The translations under genes were made by a program, and so were the position numbers. 64,000 bases of DNA from Nitrospinales bacterium (GTDB lineage: Bacteria > Nitrospinota > Nitrospinia > Nitrospinales > VA-1), in the NCBI GenBank assembly GCA_965223345.1, contig CBDCWG010000012.1:2848001-2912000 (forward strand), written 5' to 3'. Below, piece after piece: positions 18,913-27,485 of the stretch. Each line of letters opens with the position of its first letter. The first letter of the stretch is position 1. The notes under the pieces were generated by a model, which was not told the DNA's origin, searched no databases, and saw nothing but the letters and a program-made list of their open reading frames with translations.

Positions 18913-20067
18913 ATGAAAAGATTTTGTTTTTTACTAATTTTTTCCCTGTCCCTGTCGGCGGCGACGGCCCGCGCTGCCGGTTTCGAGAAACCCATTTTCG
19001 GCAAAACCCTGGGCAAAGCCTACCCGCACATCCTGAAATCCGATGAATTTTCGCTCAATACGCGCAATATCAAGGTGCTGACCGGGCAGGGGAAATTCCT
19101 CTGGATGGGCACCTCCAACGGGGTGATCCGCTACGACACCACCACCGCCAACGACTACGAGGTGTTCGACAACCAGAACGTGCTGCTTAGCAACGGCATC
19201 TTCGCCATCGTCATGGACCCGCTCAACCGTCCCTGGATCGGCACCTACGGCGGCGGCCTCAGCCATTTCAACGGCACCGGCTGGGTCAACTACAACACGC
19301 CGCAGGGGTTGTGCGACGCGTTCGTCTACGACATCGAATTCACGCAGGACACGATGTGGGTCGCCACCTGGAGCGGCGTGAACCGGGTGCGCGGCGATCT
19401 TTCCAGGCGCGATTCCTGGGAACAGTTCACCGTCAAGAACACGCACGGCGGACTGGTAGACGACTGGGTGTACGCGATCGAAACCGGACCGGACGGGCGA
19501 CTGTGGTTCGGCACCGAATCGGGCCTCTCGATGTTCGACGGCGCGGCGTGGCACAGCTTCGACCACGCAGACGGGCTCGGCGCTCCCTACGAAGCGGTGA
19601 AGCGGGAGAACTCCAGCGTCATGGCCTCGTTTCAGGGATTGCACCACGCCTCGCACATTCCGGACCTGCCGAACGTGCAGTCGCCGGATTACCGTCCCAA
19701 CTACATCGTGTCGATGCTGATGGATCCCAAGGGGCGGCTGTGGATCGGCACCTGGGGCGGCGGGCTCAGCATGCTGGACACGCGCAAGATGGAATTCCGC
19801 AATTTCACAACGGTCGACGGCCTGCCGGGCAACTTCATCCTGGCGCTCGAGGAAGGTCCGGACGGCCAGCTGTGGATCGGTTCGAACGGCGGCCTGAGCC
19901 GTTTCAACGGCCGCAGCTTCACCAACTTCTCCGAGCACAACGGGCTGATCGGCAGCTTCATCTTCAGCATCGAGTTCAGCGACCACGCGCTGTGGGTGGG
20001 CAGCCACCACGGCATGAACCGCCTGCAGCTCGATCCCCTGAGCGGCGACCTGCTCAAAATCCAGTGA
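18913..20067 (+). CDS. Secreted beta-propeller protein (two-component regulator propeller repeats)
   Basis: Signal peptide MKRFCFLLIFSLSLSAATARA; repeated LW(M/I/F)GTxxG(L/V)S blades. Confidence 0.85.
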   Translation: MKRFCFLLIFSLSLSAATARAAGFEKPIFGKTLGKAYPHILKSDEFSLNTRNIKVLTGQGKFLWMGTSNGVIRYDTTTANDYEVFDNQNVLLSNGIFAIVMDPLNRPWIGTYGGGLSHFNGTGWVNYNTPQGLCDAFVYDIEFTQDTMWVATWSGVNRVRGDLSRRDSWEQFTVKNTHGGLVDDWVYAIETGPDGRLWFGTESGLSMFDGAAWHSFDHADGLGAPYEAVKRENSSVMASFQGLHHASHIPDLPNVQSPDYRPNYIVSMLMDPKGRLWIGTWGGGLSMLDTRKMEFRNFTTVDGLPGNFILALEEGPDGQLWIGSNGGLSRFNGRSFTNFSEHNGLIGSFIFSIEFSDHALWVGSHHGMNRLQLDPLSGDLLKIQ

Positions 20068-20099
20068 TTTTACAGGGGTTTTGACACCCTCCCCGGCTA

Positions 20100-20137
20100 T
20101 TCACGGATTTTTCATTTAATTTTCACACCCGGTTCAC
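20100..20137 (+). promoter_or_regulatory. Quadruple cre-tag-like direct repeat (putative CreB binding site)
   Basis: TTCAC 20100, TTCAT 20111, TTCAC 20122, TTCAC 20133 at exact 11-bp period; matches the TTCAC-N6-TTCAC cre/blr tag; creBC is in the same cluster. Confidence 0.8.
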
Positions 20138-20170
20138 ATTCTCTTCTCATTGGTTCCGTATTCTCGAACC

Positions 20171-21652
20171 ATGAAAACGAGAACACAGACCCTGTTACCC
20201 CCGAACCACCTGGAACCGGTGCTGCACACCGCCATCGCCGGTCTGTGGCTGCTGCTGTTCTGGCCCAGCCTCAGCTGGCTGTTCACCATGTACGGGCAGC
20301 AGGACAACCTGCTCAACCGAGTTTTGTTTTTCTTCATCCTGCTTTACCTCGCACACCGCTTCGCGCAGCGGCCCGCAGTCGAGCTGCGCTTTTACTTCAA
20401 GACCGCACCCGCTGTGTTTCTCGTTGCCGGGATCGGATCTTACCTGTTCATCGAGCGGTTTGTCGGGCTAAACATCCTTTCCTGCATGGCGTTCGGGCTG
20501 GCCACCTTCGGCCTTGCCGGTCTGTACCTGCCGGTGGCGTCGTGGCTGCGTTCGGCTCCGGCCTTCCTGCTTTTGATCCTGACGCTGCCCTTCGGCCAGC
20601 ATCTGGAAGTGTTTTTCGGGTTTCCGCTGCGCCTGCTGTCGGCGCAGACGATCCAGAGCGCCTTCGCGGCGCTGGGCGTCGATTCGTTTTCGCGCGAATC
20701 CATCCTGCTGATCGAAAACAGGATGACCCACATCGATCTTCCGTGCAGCGGCGTGAAAAGCCTCTGGACGGCGTGCATCTTCTACCTCTTCCTGACCGTG
20801 ATGGAAGGCTACCGGTTGGGGGTCCGCTGGTTGACAGGCCTTATCGCCCTCCTGAGCCTCGTCGTCTGCGCCAACATGGTACGGATCTTCCTGCTGGTCA
20901 GCCTTTCACACGGTGAATTTCCCGACACGCTGGGTCAGTCGGTCCACATCCCTCTGGGACTGAGCGGATTCGCACTGGCCTGCGGCATCGTCGCCTATTT
21001 CGGTTCGCGGTGGATCTCCCGGTTCAGTAAAGAACCTCCTGTTTTTGGCCACCCTTCCTGCCCTGCCCAGGGGTTGGTTCTGCTGCTGATTCTGGGGATT
21101 TCCCTTTGGGCTCACGAGCAGCGTCTCCCAGACCCTGCCGGCCCCGCGAACCGCCCCCTCCTCTCCTTTCCCGGCGCGCAGCCTCTGCCGCTGACGCGCC
21201 AGGAGACGCAGTTTTTCTCCGAGCAATCCGGAGCCGCCACCCAGAAACTTCGTTTTGAGTATCGAGGGCTTTCCGGAACCCTCTTTCTGGTGCAGAGCGC
21301 CAACTGGCGCGCGCACCACCATCCGGAGCAATGCGTCGAAGGTCAAGGACACGCCGTCGGCCATTCCCGCACCCGGTTCATCGATCGCGAATTTCCCTAC
21401 CGGCTGGTCGCACTGAGACAAGGCGGGTACCGGGCGGTCTACTGGTTTCACTCACAGGGACGCGTCACCGACGACTACACGGCGCGCACCTGGTCGGGAA
21501 TCCGCGAGCCGGGACGGGAATGGACGATGGTGACGCTTTACTTCGACCGCAACGTCGCCCACAAACTCGACGAGGTGGACCGCCTGCAGCGGTTCATCCG
21601 CGATCAGCTCGATTCTAAATCCCAACCCGAGACCCTGGAGATCCCGCTATGA
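20171..21652 (+). CDS. xrtO: Exosortase O-like transpeptidase
   Basis: Multi-TM protein with exosortase triad (IDLPCSG Cys, ANMVRI Arg, VHIPLG His); C-terminal domain WRAHHHPEQC; adjacent PEP-CTERM target. Confidence 0.8.
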   Translation: MKTRTQTLLPPNHLEPVLHTAIAGLWLLLFWPSLSWLFTMYGQQDNLLNRVLFFFILLYLAHRFAQRPAVELRFYFKTAPAVFLVAGIGSYLFIERFVGLNILSCMAFGLATFGLAGLYLPVASWLRSAPAFLLLILTLPFGQHLEVFFGFPLRLLSAQTIQSAFAALGVDSFSRESILLIENRMTHIDLPCSGVKSLWTACIFYLFLTVMEGYRLGVRWLTGLIALLSLVVCANMVRIFLLVSLSHGEFPDTLGQSVHIPLGLSGFALACGIVAYFGSRWISRFSKEPPVFGHPSCPAQGLVLLLILGISLWAHEQRLPDPAGPANRPLLSFPGAQPLPLTRQETQFFSEQSGAATQKLRFEYRGLSGTLFLVQSANWRAHHHPEQCVEGQGHAVGHSRTRFIDREFPYRLVALRQGGYRAVYWFHSQGRVTDDYTARTWSGIREPGREWTMVTLYFDRNVAHKLDEVDRLQRFIRDQLDSKSQPETLEIPL

Positions 21653-24510
21653 ACCGCCCCACCGTCACCCCGACCCTGCCGCAACCGCAAGTTCCCGTGC
21701 AGCCGCAAACCAAACCTGAGCGCAAAGACCGGGGACCCTGGATTCCCAGAATCCAGAAAGCCCTGTTCTGGTCGTGGAACTGGCTGTTTCTGCTGTTCAT
21801 CTTCTTCGGCGTGGTGCCGGTGATGGGGCTTTCGATCCTGTCCGGTTTCACGCGCGGTGAGGTGAACCTGGATTTTTTCCTGTTCTTCACGTCGCTGGCG
21901 ATTCTGATTCCCGCCGCCTGCTGGACCGGCTTCACAAAATTCCGCCACGACCCGCAGGCGCTGTTCCGCATCCTCTACGGGGTGGAGGTGCCGCTTCTGC
22001 TGCTGACGGCTTTCCGGGTGATCTTCATTCGCGAGATGAACCCCGGCGTCGTGCACCTGCTTTCGGTGTTCGCGCTGGGTTCGATCGCGTTTCTGGCGAC
22101 GCTGTACAAACGACCCGCTCCCTCCGGCGCGCTCGGCAACGGCGTCCAGCTGGCGGGGACGGCGCTGTTTTTCTGGTGCGCGTTGTGGGTGTTCGGCTTC
22201 CTGGCCTTCCTCGCGCCGCCCACCGGCTGGAACACGCTGGTCTTTATCGGGAAAGTCTTCGTGGAAATGCCGTCGCTGCTGTTTCGCTGCCCGGACTGCA
22301 ACCCGATCATGATGCTCCCCTCGATGTTCACCGCGACGTTTTTCTTCCTTGCGGGGTCGGCTCTGATTGCCTACACGGCGAGCCTGTTCGCCGCCCTGCC
22401 CTTCGTGTACGTCTATCTGGGAACCACGGCCTTCAAGCAGACCTTCACAGCCAACTGGCGGGCGGGCCGCCGCAAACTGGCGCTCGCGGTGACGATCGCG
22501 GTGCTTGTGGCAAACACCGGCCTGTTTGTTGCGGTCAACCAGCAGCATCACGCGGGCACGCTGGAGAAGCTACAGGCGTTCGACGGCAGTGAAGCCGCGA
22601 AACGCGAATTGCTGGTAGATTCGGCCGCGCTGCGGCAGGAACTGACGGACATCTATCTCAGCCCCTACCGCTACCTCGGCGATGCGGACCGCAGCAACAG
22701 CATGCAGGCGCTGTACAAAAAAACCTTCGGCCTGTCGCGCAACACCACCGAGCCGATTCAGAATTTTTTCAACGCGATGGCCGCCCCCCTGCTCTATTCC
22801 GGCTCGGGAGCCGGCATGGCGCAGGATCAGAAAGAAGCGGAACGGCTGTACGAGTGGTTTTTCGACATCACCATCCAGGAAGGCGAGCGCGAAGCCCTGC
22901 GGCACGCCCTGAAAGCGACCTATTCGCGCGAGCAGCGCGACGCGGGCCTGATCAACATCGACAACAAAAAGGTGCACCTGGAAAAACAGACCGTGAACCG
23001 GGTCGAGTACGGCGACTGGGCGGAGATCGAGATCCACGAGACCTACGTCAACCAGGGACCGCGGCAGGAAGAAGTGTTCTACCATTTCGCGATGCCGGAA
23101 AATTCGGTGATCACCGGCGTGTGGCTGGGCGAGAACGAATCGCACCGCTTCCGCTTCCAGGTAGCTTCGCGCGGCGCGGCGCAGAAAGTCTACAAGCGCA
23201 TTCAGCAGCAGCGCCAGGACCCGGCGCTTTTGGAGCAGGTCGGCCCCAATCTTTACCGCCTGCGCGTGTTTCCGGTGCCGGGCAACCGGTTCGATGCGTT
23301 CGCCGATTCGCGGGAAAGAAAGATGCACCTCTGGTGGACGTTCAAGGTGATGCGCGGTGAACAGGGCTGGCCGATGCCGCAACTGATCGAGAAGCGCAAC
23401 GTGTACTGGGATTCGGGGACCGAGTGGAACGGGAAACGGCTCAGCAAATCCAAAACACGATGGCTGCCGCAGGACCTGTCCTTTGCGGACGCGGTTCCCT
23501 CGGGCACGCTGAGCGCCGTCGTGGCGGACGGGGTGGAAATCCGCGCCAGCGAATTCCAACCGGCGGATTTTCCCTCGCGCAAATCCGGCAAATTTGCCCT
23601 GGTGCTGGAGACCTCCTACAGCATGGGACAGCTGCGCGGCGCGCTGCGGGAACTCAAGACCCGGCTTGCAAGCGATCCCCGGCTGACGCGCCACGACTGG
23701 GATTTTTTCCGGCTCGGTCACAGAAACGAAGAGGTGGCGTCGCTGGATGAGCTGTTCACAGATGAAGCGACCTATTTCGGTGCCATCGACGCGGCGGACA
23801 TCCTGGCGCGCTTCGACGCTCTCAAGCAGGGGCGCGCGTACGACGGGGTGATCGTTCTGACAGACCGGTCTTCCTTCAAGGAAAAAGAGCGGACTGGAAA
23901 CAGTGCCTTGAACGGCGGGCCGGTCTGGTTTTACATGCTGGACGGAAACCACCCGCGCGTTACCGGCGACGGTTTGATGCGCGGCCTCATCGCAACGGGC
24001 GGCGGCCTGGAGACCGGCTGGAACCGGCTGATGCACAAAATCGACTTCGCTCCGCAGGGCAAGGTGATCGCCCTGGATCACCGCTACGTGTGGACGCGGC
24101 ACGCCACCATGGGCAAACCGGAGCCCCGGAACGGTTTCGAGGATCTGGCCGCGGCGCAGTACATCCGCCATCTCATGAAAAAAACCGGCGCGGAAGAAAC
24201 GAACCGGGCTATACTCCCTCTCCACGAACTCGCGCGCAGCCACGAGATCGTCACGCCCTATTCTTCGATGATCGTTCTGGTCAATCAGGGGCAAAAGGAC
24301 ATGCTGAAGGAGGCGGAAAAAGACGCCGGCCGTTTCCAGCGCGACATGGAGACCGGCCAGGAGATCCTCTCCGCGCCTAACAAACCGTTTGAAGTGTCTG
24401 CGGTTCCGGAACCGGAGGAATGGGCGCTCATCGGCATCGTCTTGACACTGCTTCTGCACCGGTTGTATAGAAACAGGGAGAGCGCGGGCTTTCAGCGGGC
24501 GGCGTTTTGA
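21649..24510 (+). CDS. PEP-CTERM integral membrane protein (TIGR02921-like) with VIT-like domain
   Basis: N-terminal TM bundle; VIT-like EEVFYHFAMPENSVITGVWLG...RGAAQKVY...DPALLEQVGP..YRLRVFP; VTPYSSMIV; C-terminal VPEPEEW + TM + basic tail. Confidence 0.82.
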   Translation: MNRPTVTPTLPQPQVPVQPQTKPERKDRGPWIPRIQKALFWSWNWLFLLFIFFGVVPVMGLSILSGFTRGEVNLDFFLFFTSLAILIPAACWTGFTKFRHDPQALFRILYGVEVPLLLLTAFRVIFIREMNPGVVHLLSVFALGSIAFLATLYKRPAPSGALGNGVQLAGTALFFWCALWVFGFLAFLAPPTGWNTLVFIGKVFVEMPSLLFRCPDCNPIMMLPSMFTATFFFLAGSALIAYTASLFAALPFVYVYLGTTAFKQTFTANWRAGRRKLALAVTIAVLVANTGLFVAVNQQHHAGTLEKLQAFDGSEAAKRELLVDSAALRQELTDIYLSPYRYLGDADRSNSMQALYKKTFGLSRNTTEPIQNFFNAMAAPLLYSGSGAGMAQDQKEAERLYEWFFDITIQEGEREALRHALKATYSREQRDAGLINIDNKKVHLEKQTVNRVEYGDWAEIEIHETYVNQGPRQEEVFYHFAMPENSVITGVWLGENESHRFRFQVASRGAAQKVYKRIQQQRQDPALLEQVGPNLYRLRVFPVPGNRFDAFADSRERKMHLWWTFKVMRGEQGWPMPQLIEKRNVYWDSGTEWNGKRLSKSKTRWLPQDLSFADAVPSGTLSAVVADGVEIRASEFQPADFPSRKSGKFALVLETSYSMGQLRGALRELKTRLASDPRLTRHDWDFFRLGHRNEEVASLDELFTDEATYFGAIDAADILARFDALKQGRAYDGVIVLTDRSSFKEKERTGNSALNGGPVWFYMLDGNHPRVTGDGLMRGLIATGGGLETGWNRLMHKIDFAPQGKVIALDHRYVWTRHATMGKPEPRNGFEDLAAAQYIRHLMKKTGAEETNRAILPLHELARSHEIVTPYSSMIVLVNQGQKDMLKEAEKDAGRFQRDMETGQEILSAPNKPFEVSAVPEPEEWALIGIVLTLLLHRLYRNRESAGFQRAAF

Positions 24511-24561
24511 ACCATGCGGCTCAGCCTGAATTTTCTCAAACGCATCGGGGACCTTCTATCC

Positions 24562-25251
24562 ATGAGCGCGAAAAAAATTCTGGTCATCGAGGACGAGCCT
24601 TCCATCGCCGACGGCATCGTGTACGCCCTGGAAACGGAAGGCTTTCAGGTCACCTGGAAATCCAAGGGCCTGGAAGGCATGCAGGCGTTCAAGGAGGACG
24701 GCGCGGATTTGATCCTGCTGGATGTCGGGCTGCCGGATTCCAACGGCTTCGAGCTGTGCAAGGAGATCCGCACGCTGTCCAACGTCCCGGTGGTGTTCCT
24801 GACCGCCCGCCGCGAGGAGGTGGACTGCGTGGTGGGGCTGGAGATCGGCGCGGACGATTACGTGTCCAAACCGTTCAGCCCGCGCGAACTGTCCGCGCGC
24901 ATCAAGAGCATCCTGCGGCGCACGCAGGGATCGCCGGAAGAGACGACGCCATCCTCCAGCGGGCCGTTCGCGGTGGACGCGGAGCGCTTTCTCATCACCT
25001 ACTACGGCGAAAAACTCGACCTCTCGCGCTACGAGTACCGGCTGCTCAAGGTGCTGATCGACCGTCCGGGCAAGGTGTACTCGCGCGATCAATTGATGGA
25101 GATCGTCTGGGACGACGCCGGGGCCAGCCTCGACCGCACGGTGGACGCGCACATCAAATCCCTGCGGTCGAAGCTGAAGGCGGTGAAGGGGAGCCTCGAT
25201 CCGATCATGACGCACCGGGGCATCGGCTACTCGCTGAAGGACGACCTGTGA
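24562..25251 (+). CDS. creB: CreB-like response regulator
   Basis: IEDEPSIAD, LDVGLPDSNGFELC, LSRYEYRLL, SLDRTVDAHIKSLRSKL, THRGIGYSL. Confidence 0.85.
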   Translation: MSAKKILVIEDEPSIADGIVYALETEGFQVTWKSKGLEGMQAFKEDGADLILLDVGLPDSNGFELCKEIRTLSNVPVVFLTARREEVDCVVGLEIGADDYVSKPFSPRELSARIKSILRRTQGSPEETTPSSSGPFAVDAERFLITYYGEKLDLSRYEYRLLKVLIDRPGKVYSRDQLMEIVWDDAGASLDRTVDAHIKSLRSKLKAVKGSLDPIMTHRGIGYSLKDDL

Positions 25252-26678
25252 GCATCCGCCGCCGCATCATTCTGAGCTACATCGCGATCCTCGGCATCTC
25301 CTGCACGCTGATCATCTACCTGACGCTGCAGGACCTGGTGCCGCGCTACTCGGAGGCGGTGGAGGAAACGCTGGTGGACACCTCGCAGATCCTGGCGCAC
25401 CTGATCGCCTCGCAGTCGGACGGCAACAGCATCAATTTTTCCTTTCTGGAGAACACGTTCGCCTCGCTGGAAACGGACCGGTTCCGCGCCGACATCTACG
25501 GCCGCGTGAAGACCTCCTCCGACCTGCGCATCTACGTGACCGACTCGAAAGGCATTCTTTTATACGATTCGCAGAAGATCCACCCGCCGGGCACCAATTA
25601 TTCGCTGTGGAACGATGTGTTTCTGACGCTGCAGGGAAAATACGGCGCGCGCTCGACGCGGCTCGACCCGGAGGACAATGCCACCGGCGTTCAGTACGTG
25701 GGCGCGCCGATCAAGAAGAACGGCGAGATCATCGGCGTCGTCACGGTGGCGAAGCCGAAGCGCAGCGTCGCGGTTTTCGTCGAGGTGGCGAAGCGGCGCT
25801 TCATCATGACGGTGTTCTGGATCGCGCTGATGGTGGTGATCGTCGGCGTGCTGCTTTCCGGCTGGATCACCCGCCCGATCGAGAAACTCATCGCCTACGC
25901 GCGCTCGGTGCAGAAAGGCGACAAGGCCCAGCTGCCGCAACTGGAGAAGAACGAACTGGGGGCCATGGGCAAGGCGCTGGAGGACATGCGCCTGCAGCTG
26001 GATGGCAAGCAGTACGTGGAAAACTACATCCAGACGCTGACGCACGAGATCAAGAGCCCGCTGTCGGCGATCCGCGGGGCTTCGGAACTGCTGACCGAGG
26101 AGATGCCCGCCAAGAACCGCAAAACGTTTCTCGACAACATCCAGGTGGAATCGCGCCGTTTGCAGGACATCGTCAACCGCCTGCTGGAACTGTCGGCGCT
26201 GGAACGCAAAAGCAGCCTGGTGGACAAGCGCGAGATCGAACTGAACTTTCTCATCGAGGAGGTGATCGCCTCGTTCGAACCGCAACTGAAGAAAAAGGAA
26301 ATCGAAATTCACCGGGAACGCGATGGCGAGGAGTTCATCCACGGCGACCGCTTTCTCATCCGCCACGCGCTGGCGAACCTGCTGCAGAACGCCATCGAGT
26401 TCAGTCCGGAAAAAGGACGCATCGAACTGTCGCTGGAGAAGCCATCGCTGGAATCAGTGACGCTGTCGGTGCGGGACCACGGTACGGGCATTCCCGAATT
26501 CGCGCTGGAAAGGATTTTCGACCGGTTCTATTCGCTGGAGCGCCCGGAAACGGGCAAGAAAAGCTCCGGGCTGGGGCTCTCCTTCGTGAAGGAAGTGGTG
26601 CAGCTGCACAACGGGACCATCGAGATCCAGAACATGAAATCGGGGATTCTCGCCCGCATGACCTTTCCGGCCACCTGA
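25248..26678 (+). CDS. creC: CreC-like sensor histidine kinase
   Basis: GTGA overlap with creB; EETLVDT, WNDVFLTLQGKYGARSTR, LDGKQYVENYIQTLTHEIKSPL, NLLQNAIEFSP, RFYSLERP...SSGLGL. Confidence 0.88.
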   Translation: MSIRRRIILSYIAILGISCTLIIYLTLQDLVPRYSEAVEETLVDTSQILAHLIASQSDGNSINFSFLENTFASLETDRFRADIYGRVKTSSDLRIYVTDSKGILLYDSQKIHPPGTNYSLWNDVFLTLQGKYGARSTRLDPEDNATGVQYVGAPIKKNGEIIGVVTVAKPKRSVAVFVEVAKRRFIMTVFWIALMVVIVGVLLSGWITRPIEKLIAYARSVQKGDKAQLPQLEKNELGAMGKALEDMRLQLDGKQYVENYIQTLTHEIKSPLSAIRGASELLTEEMPAKNRKTFLDNIQVESRRLQDIVNRLLELSALERKSSLVDKREIELNFLIEEVIASFEPQLKKKEIEIHRERDGEEFIHGDRFLIRHALANLLQNAIEFSPEKGRIELSLEKPSLESVTLSVRDHGTGIPEFALERIFDRFYSLERPETGKKSSGLGLSFVKEVVQLHNGTIEIQNMKSGILARMTFPAT

Positions 26679-26720
26679 GCGCAAGCCCGAGGTCCCGGCC
26701 GCACCGGCCCCCCGGAAACT

Positions 26721-26999
26721 CTAAAAATCGTCGTCGTCTTCGCCTTCGATCATCTCTTCGACTTCCGCCTGTTCGGCTTCGTCGATCATCTGCTTGATCT
26801 GCTCGTATCCGGTAGCGAGTCTCTGAATATTGATCAGCAGCGTGACCAGCTCCGTGTCGGGGGTTTCCCGCATGCCCGCGACCAGAGCACCGCGTTCGTC
26901 GTCTCCGTATTTTTCATCCCAGCGATCGAAGGTGGACAGGATTTTATCCTTGCAATGGAACAGATCGTAAAAAAAACTCTGAACTTCAATTTTCGGCAT
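26721..26999 (-). CDS. Small acidic hypothetical protein (92 aa)
   Basis: ATG at 26999 preceded by GAGGAAG; helical with an acidic tail. Confidence 0.6.
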   Translation of the reverse strand: MPKIEVQSFFYDLFHCKDKILSTFDRWDEKYGDDERGALVAGMRETPDTELVTLLINIQRLATGYEQIKQMIDEAEQAEVEEMIEGEDDDDF

Positions 27000-27246
27000 G
27001 TTCTTCCTCGTTAAAACTTGTCTACGCGGCGGCGATGGCGTTGCTCCGCTGTCCCGCCCGGGTTCGTTCTCAGCCCGGCCCGCACGATTCCGTACCGGCG
27101 AGCGCCTGTTTTTAAACTTCAATGGGCGGTGCCGTCGCCTCCGTTACTATACCGTGCACTCCGGATAAAGGGAAACGGGAAACACGCGTCCAAAAGAATT
27201 CGACAACTCCACGTAAAATATTTTTACTCCCCGTATCGATATTCGA

Positions 27247-27275
27247 TTGACAAAATGACGTCCGGCCCCTATTTT
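27247..27275 (+). promoter_or_regulatory. Sigma70-type promoter upstream of the Rhs gene
   Basis: TTGACA (27247-27252), 17 nt, TATTTT (27270-27275). Confidence 0.5.
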
Positions 27276-27485
27276 AGGCATTCGGAATTTAATATCCGCA
27301 TAAATATAGTTTCCCGATCACAGACTGACAGGTAAGCCTATATTATTAAACAAATAAATTACAAGTGAAGCGGCATCCCGCTTCCCACGTTCTTTCTGCG
27401 CCCATATATATCGGATTTCGGATATTTTATTTTCGCGTCGATCCCGATCCATCCCTGTTCTCACCCATTCTCAGAGGCCGCAGCC

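Noticed and set aside
24507..25247. N-terminal 247 aa of the 723-aa track ORF 24507-26678
   Set aside because: Off-frame read-through overlapping creB; the real kinase starts at GTG 25248
27028..27060. Fluoride riboswitch suggested by GGCGATGGCGTT
   Set aside because: The pairing partner and downstream conserved segment were not found, and there is no fluoride-related gene downstream
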